A program made the position numbers and the translations under genes. A DNA stretch of 64,000 bases from the NCBI RefSeq assembly GCF_026571515.1, contig NW_026851649.1:1-64000 (forward strand), in the 5' to 3' direction. Below are positions 57,400-64,000 of this stretch, piece by piece. Source of the DNA: Ruditapes philippinarum (Eukaryota). The notes beneath the pieces were generated by a model. It had not been told where the DNA came from. It searched no databases and worked only from the letters and a program-made list of their open reading frames with translations. Numbering within the stretch: the first letter of the stretch is position 1; each line of letters opens with the position of its first letter.

Positions 57400-60300
57400 A
57401 TACAAGTTTATCTTTCATCAGAGAGGTCAACAAATTCTGGGCCTTATGTTACGTGCTTTTTCTAACATAGGTAACCTAATGTGCTCATATGCATTACAAG
57501 ATAAATAATACATGTTTTTTACATTCAACTGTAATTTTACATATTGGACATATCCTACTGTCAACAGCAATGTTTTCATATCTTACCAGTTTCAAGCTTA
57601 ATGGGAGCTACTCCACATCTGAATTTGGCTAGTGCAGACATGTGTTTACGTGGCAAATATAGTTTACAATAATTTTTTCAGTTTTATAATCATTTTTTAA
57701 CAACTTATAGGTTCTTAATTTATTACCACCATTCCCATTTAGACTAACATTCCTATTAAGCTTAGCTATCCATTCATCTTTATAACAATGACATACATTT
57801 TTGAACAACTTTTTTCACAAAAGACTTAGATGAGACTGTTGCACAACCACGTGCATACTCTACTAAATTTAACTTTTTCCATATATTATTAAATATAAAT
57901 TGCCAGTTTTTTACACCTATTGCTGCTTCTTGCGCAAACAAGTAGAAAAGATCTTATAATTAACTCTATTTACATCCATTCTAACAAATCTATGCCATTG
58001 TTGACATACAGATCTCCATTGTTTCACATGTGTAGGCTGCCAAAGCTAATTCTCCATATAAAGCTGCTGTATGGTGTATACCGCCCTACCCCAGATAAAA
58101 ACGCATTGCCTATTTCTGTATCGCATCAATGCAGGAGAATGACTTATTACCCCAAATAGAAGCACCATATGAAATGACTGGCCAAACCATTGAATCATAC
58201 AATTTAACAAATACATCAATATGGCATGGACCCTAATGCTTTTGATTTGGCAATAAGTAACCCCCAGTGCTCTACCTGCACTTTGAGCTATACATTTAGC
58301 GGTCTTATTATAATCAAGAAACTCATCAAGTAACAGACCAAGGTAAGTATATGTGTCCTACAAGTTTTTAGACTATGATCACCACATGTGAAGACAAATG
58401 AGGATCTGCTGGCCGACTGCGACCCTAAAGTGAATAATGTTGCTCTTTATCATGATTTACAATCATAGCATTTGATGTACACCATTTAACAAAACATTAA
58501 GCATAAGTTGAAGATCATTTTCAGTTTCAGCTACAAGAAAAATGTTCATCAGCATATAATAAAATGCAAACCTTATCATTATCTATATCAATTCCTTTAC
58601 CAATAGCTTTAATTTTTACAACAAGATCATCTATAAACAAATTAAACAATAAAGGAGATAACGAACACCCTGTCGGAGCCCACATTTTTACATCGAACCA
58701 TTCTGTTGTAAGGCTATTTATCCTTACACAAGATGAAACTGAGTTATATAATGACTGTATTGCTGTAACATATTACCATGGAAACGCTTATTATCTAATT
58801 TGTTCCATAACAATGATCTGTCGATAAAGTCATATGCCTTACGGAAATCAAATGAATGCACAAAAGGTTGATAAATTTCTGTTTCTTTCTAGTTTCTACA
58901 ATATTAGTTAAAGATGATAAATGATCAATGGTACTAGGCGACCTTTCCTAAAACCATTTTGCTCATCACTGAGTATATTATTAGATTCTGCCATTTTGAT
59001 AAACGGTTATTCAAAATTGTACAGTATATCTTATACATGGTGCAAGACAATGACAAGCCTCTATATGACAATGGATCTCTTGGATCTACAGTACTTTATT
59101 TCGGTATAGGGCTTATTATATATCTTATTCCATGCAGAAGGAATAATTCCTTTTGAAAAACAGATATTATACAAAATATGAAGAAAAACACGGAGCAATC
59201 ATTTTTCAAGATTTCCATAGGTATATATTATCACAACCCCAGGCTTTACCATTTTTAGCCTGTTTTGACCGCATTAAACACTTCTAAGATAGATATATTG
59301 TCGTTAAAATTTCTGTATTGTCATTCATATGATTACCACTAGGCACAAAATTTCCAGTATTTGTAGTATTAGGACTATTAAAAAGCTTGCTAAAATCATT
59401 TTTCCATTTCTCAAGAACAGTGTTAACATCATTTGAAACACCATGTTCAGTAATAACTTCCATAGGTATTTGTCTACTTCTTGACTGTGAAACACCTACC
59501 CTGCCAATGGTTTTCCAAAATTCAGTCTGGTTACTTTTGCAATCTGACAATAAATCATTTTGCAAACCTACCCAGTATTGACGCTTGCTTTGCTGTACCG
59601 CCTTATCAAAATTCTTTCTCGCAGAAATAAACCGAGATTTAAGTACTGATTTTTCAGCACGCATATTACATTTAAGCCAGTTGCTTTCAGCATCGCAGAC
59701 AGTATTCCAAAGGCAAAGATAAGTTGTTATTCCACCATGGTTTCCCTATTTTTCTTTTCTTATTAGACGTTCTACTGTTAACTTTAATATTCTTAAATGG
59801 AACTTTACTATACATTTCATGCCTAATATTATGACAAATATCTGCATATGCAGTATCTACATCACTTAGCTCTTGTAAACTTTGTTCTAGTTTAAAAATA
59901 CATTGGTGAATACTATTTATTACATCATCTGAACACATAAAATTTTCGGGAATACCCTTTAAATCAAACTTATCAATTGTAACATTGGCATTATGACTTC
60001 TGTCGGGTTGTTCCGCAGGGTTTTCACATGAATTCCCTAACTGCACAGTCCATGATAATACAGAGTGATCCGGAATAGACACAGCAGACAAACCATTCAC
60101 TGTACTTATCTCATCTATAAGCTGTGTAGACCTTTTGACTGTGAAGTTAGAAAATCTATGCAAATACTCGTGTTGAACTAAGCAATAGTCCACTACAGAA
60201 CATCCTTTAGTGGATACAGAGGTAAAATCATTGTTATCACTATTTCTACCATTAAGAACACACATATTACTGTCAATAAGAAAATCTATTAAAACAATCA

Positions 60301-60890
60301 CCATACATATTTGACTTATAATCAACAATATCTCTTTCAGGTAAAATTATCAACACCAACAATGTAATCAAAATTATCACCAATACGACTATTTAAATCC
60401 CCGCATATGAATAACATGCATCATTTTGAAAACATATAGATACCAGCTAAAAGATTGTCATAAAATCCTGTACATCAGTTTGTCTTGACGAATTAATAGG
60501 TGGTAAGTAGCATACACAAGCATAAAATTTTTCATTTGAGATTTTACTTTCAAATTTCAACCATAAAATACCATCAAAACTGTCTTCAACAATATTAATG
60601 TCATACAGGTTTAATAAATCATCTTTAATAGAAGAAACCCACACCCCCTGACCCTGATCTTGCATTAACATGAATATTTTTTCTATTATTTCCAAACCAG
60701 GAGTAACCAGATAAATTTATATAGCATCATTATCTCTAAGATGTGACTGAACTATAACCTAAAATATCAAATCTAAAAATAGAGCACATTGTTCCCCTAA
60801 CATAAAAATTATCACTATTTTTGCACAACACTCCAACCATTAACGTTTCAAAACCTATTTCTGGCCTATCTTCCCTTTGCTGCCATCCCC

Positions 60891-60935
<45 letters not shown>

Positions 60936-61400
60936 TTTGGTAACCACGACCTCTGGCTTGTCCTCTTCCCCTTGAACCCTGACCCTGTTCGACCACCTAT
61001 TGTTCACATCTTGTCTATCTGGGCCGCGAGGTGCCAGCAATTATTATTAGAAGATCTACGCACATCGGCAGGGTTTGTCATTATAATTTGAATCTCGAAT
61101 TCCTACTATTATCACTTTTTCTCTCTGCACTTAAAAAATTTGAAGTGTCAGCACGATTATTCGCGATTTATCACTTCTGTCGTTATGAAACACGCGCGAT
61201 TTCCTTTTACTGATAGGGTACCAAACCCCTGTTTACCGCCCTAATCACCGCCCGAAAGTGTATTGCCGCCACTCTTTCTTCCTTGGATTGGTCCTGATGA
61301 ATGAAGATCTCATGAAATAATGCATCAGTTTCTAAAACAATTTCCTTAATATACTCAAATTTATGGCGTATGCTTCTAATGTTTAGTGAATAAGTGACAG
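57400..61400 (-). pseudogene. Degenerate CR1-like LINE copy interrupted near its 5' end by an insertion carrying a 46-nt poly-A tract
   Basis: APE N-terminus at 61404-61207 (YSLNIRSIRHKFEYIKEIVLETDA) and APE at 60695-59687 (YLPPINSS..., GCSVVDYCLV...PDHSVLSW). The linker is at 59664-59284 (WKNDFSKLFN). The RT remnant near 58700-58550 on minus reads SPTGCSLSPLLFNLFIDDL. Confidence 0.6.
60890..60935 (-). repeat. 46-nt poly-A tract (poly-T on plus), the tail of a short retroposed insertion at about 60936-61040
   Basis: An uninterrupted T46 run on the plus strand. It creates the spurious poly-K ORFs 60736-61040. Confidence 0.8.
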
Positions 61401-61744
61401 ACAATTTTCCTTGCTAAAAATAGGACCTGGGTTTTGATTCTTCATCTCCAGAAAGTTTTAAAATTTGTGCAAAATAACTAAGTGAATAAAACATAATAGA
61501 TTACACAACAGTATAAATGGACTGTAACATACCACACTGTAATCTTTACCTTTTTCACTTAACAAACTTACTTTACGTTTTTGACCAGTTGATTTTTTGA
61601 CCCCCGAATTAAAATAATATATTACTATGAGAATCACAAATTAACTATACCCTTAAGGCTAATGCAGGTTTTAAAAGCGTTATAATAACACGGGTTAAAA
61701 AGAGCAAGAGTCGCTTGAGGCTGATATCCTGGAATTTCAAGATT

Positions 61745-61860
61745 TGTTAGGCGTGAGGGATGTTGCACTTATTCATTATCTCTCATGTACAGACTCAATC
61801 AAACCGAGTTTGCAATTCTTATGCAATTTTGTTGTGATTAATCACTTTTTTTCCAGAATT
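61745..61860. repeat. Solo copy of the same terminal module (longer, includes GTTGTGATTAAT...TTTCCAG tail)
   Basis: AGGCGTGAGGGATGTTGCACTTATTCATTATCTCTCATGTACAGACTCAATCAAACCGAGTTTGCA...GTTGTGATTAATCACTTTTTTTCCAG aligns with 38885-39005. Confidence 0.65.
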
Positions 61861-63299
61861 TTGTGATGAAAAACAGGCTGAAAAATTGCATTATTAGTAT
61901 AAGTGAAACAGTTGTATGATTAATAGAAAAACGGCCAATTCTACTGTATGAATAGACGGAGCGTTTTCGTATGAACTGCTGACTGTTATTGAATGACCCC
62001 ACAGATGCTCACCATGCCATAATATCATTACCCATTAGGATATATGTAAAGCATTAGTACATAAAAGACAAGCATAAACGGGGTCATTGAGTTAACAGAT
62101 AAGTCAGATATGTAGTGGAATAACATAAAAACTATACATCATCATATTAATAATAAACAACAAAAACAAAAGTAAATAAAAGTTAACAAAGTTGAACATA
62201 TTTGACGATAGGGGAATAGGGGACAGTAATCTTAAAACATTTTTAAAAAACTATATTTATTATACAAGTTCAGAATAACGTAGAGTTATTAGGTGTACCC
62301 ACTATTTACAGATTGTTTACTTTTTGTTCAGTTAATGACGAAAACAAAACAAGCTTATAGTTGACCTATCTAAGACAGTTTAAGCTATTTTTATGCTAAG
62401 TATATTTAAACAAAAATATATACTTCTCTCTTTAAACAAATTGCTAAAAGTTATAGCATAGGCTCTATCTATGAAATTTGAACTAATTCCTTTATTACTT
62501 ATTAATTCATTTATTATTTTTTAGCCTTTTCTATTTAATTACATTATATTTTATCAGTTAATAGTTACTTAAATAAAGTAATAGATTACAAAGTAAAAAT
62601 GTAAACACATAATAAACTGTTCCGGTCAATCTTTCTGTTCGAAAAGACAAGACAAAAAATCAAAACAACAATACATATATCCATATTAACATGTATTAAA
62701 ACATGCTTGTCCACATTCAAAGTTACCGGTCTTAATTAATTGTTATGAAATTTCCAGTTCAATAACTATTCAAATAAGGCTGAAGCTATTAAATCGGGCC
62801 CTGTTATTTTTCAGCCATGTAAACATGTATATAGTTAACGTACTTTTTTACTGCATCTCTGAGGAAATGCGTTAAATAACTAATAAAAGTAATACGGTTA
62901 TATATTTTTGACTGGCATTTTTACGTAAGGTAAATGCTAATTTCGAGTAAAGCCAGTAATAAGCATGAAGCAAAAATACAAACACAAGATAATTTGAGTT
63001 GGTCTGTCAGTCTATTATATAGCAGAATATCGCTATTACCGTTGTGTAGTTCTTTTATGATAACATAATTATATAGTAAATATTTAATATGTTGATTTTA
63101 AAAACCTTTACAATGTGGTGAAAAAAATTGCATTTAAGAATTGTATAGGATAACATGATTATGGTAAGACAAGACGTCTACATGTTATATATAGGTTTTT
63201 GATTTTTTACCGGTAATACTGATTTCTAAAAATAGATTGATTAGATGTTAACAATAAGGACATTACAATGTAAATAAACACAGGAACGTGTATAGATGA

Positions 63300-63760
63300 C
63301 AGTTTTGTATTATCTACGAAAACGTTGGTGTGTAGATTCCTGGTTCTTCACCGGCTCTGATTTTTTCAATGGAGTCCATGTTTTTGATGTGAACTTTTAT
63401 TTCTTGGTCACCTTTTTTCATAGTTTCATATATGTTAGCACCGGCAACCTATGTTTTCAACAGTTTGCCTTCTCTTTTAAGTTTTCTGGCTTCGTATCCT
63501 ATCTGCTCTCTCCTTCTCGTCAGAGAGTCCTGTACGAATATGCCACTCGGAAGTGATTTCCTTGCATTGAAGAGCCTGTGTCGAGGTTTTGAGTTCGTAA
63601 TTTTTACGATAACTCGTCTGTTTACTGTAACATCACTCCTCTACTTTTCCAACCGATGGACTTTGTCTATATCATTTTCATTTAAATTCAGATCAATCTT
63701 GTTTGCATAATCTAAGATCTTTCTTTCAACGTTTTCGTGAGCATCTCCTGTGTAATGGAG
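63300..63760 (-). pseudogene. LINE ORF1 fragment of L1/Tx1 type (Transposase_22-like), frameshifted
   Basis: Minus-strand translation ...NDIDKVHRLEK / SDVTVNRRVIVKITNSKPRHRLFNARKSLPSGIFVQDSLTRRREQIGYEARKLKREGKLLKT. It resembles the conserved ORF1p C-terminus (RAHRLG...RPIIVKF....k..il...r.l....i.i.eDls...r..R..l). Confidence 0.5.
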
Positions 63761-64000
63761 AGTTGAGTGGAGTAAAATAATTTTCGCAGTAAAGTCCTGT
63801 TTCCGTTTCAGTTTCGATGATTTGTTTTAATTTGTATTTTTGTGTATTATATTTACTTGCCTGGTTTGGAGAAGATTTATTTCTTTTTCGCTTTACTTTA
63901 TTTTTTCCAGGCATAAGCAGATGTGGAAATATATATATTAGCAAATGAAAAGTCAACTTATTTGCTGTTGAAATAGTTCATTTAAAAACAAAAGAAATTA

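Noticed and set aside
60736-61040. ORFs encoding poly-lysine proteins
   Set aside because: They come from translating the T46/A46 homopolymer.

Overview
This is eukaryotic nuclear DNA, not prokaryotic. It carries spliced multi-exon genes with GT-AG introns, LINE retrotransposons with APE and RT domains, tRNA-derived SINEs, MITEs, and many micro-, mini- and satellites. The repeat types fit a bivalve mollusc, oyster-like genome, but that is an inference. No CRISPR array, operon or defence-island structure is present. Main content follows. (1) 1-5.6 kb: two direct copies of a satellite-carrying non-autonomous element (family A; 170-bp monomers, then a (GGAC)n microsatellite, then a terminal hairpin). 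They bracket a second satellite-carrying element (family B; 146-bp monomers) and a complete intronless syntaxin-1-like t-SNARE gene. (2) 6.3-24.8 kb, minus strand: a large PARP4-like (vault PARP) gene with a BRCT tail, PARP regulatory helices, a PARP catalytic domain with H-Y-E retained, VIT and VWA domains. Its introns hold a hAT-type non-autonomous transposon (8-bp TSD, internal ~166-bp satellite), tRNA-derived SINEs, two palindromic MITEs and a 21-bp minisatellite. (3) 26.2-27.4 kb: a second family-B satellite element. 27.6-29.2 kb: three phase-consistent exons of an unidentified minus-strand gene. 29.5-30.35 kb: a MULE-like MITE with a 9-bp TSD. (4) 32.4-36.25 kb: a nearly intact single-ORF RTE-like LINE (APE+RT) with only one in-frame stop and one homopolymer frameshift. 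(5) 37.5-42.9 kb: a foldback hairpin, a CR1-like LINE 3' fragment, and a 4-kb element bounded by ~75-bp inverted repeats. Extra solo copies of that terminal module lie at 51.3 kb and 61.7 kb. (6) 45.3-50.2 kb, plus strand: an 8-exon tyrosinase gene with a signal peptide, CuA and CuB sites and a C-terminal transmembrane anchor, preceded by a ~1.8-kb tandem segmental duplication. (7) 52.5-63.8 kb: a palindromic minisatellite, two degenerate CR1-like LINEs (one interrupted by an insertion carrying a 46-nt poly-A tract) and an L1/Tx1-type ORF1 fragment. All domain and family assignments come from reading the translations by eye. No database search was run.
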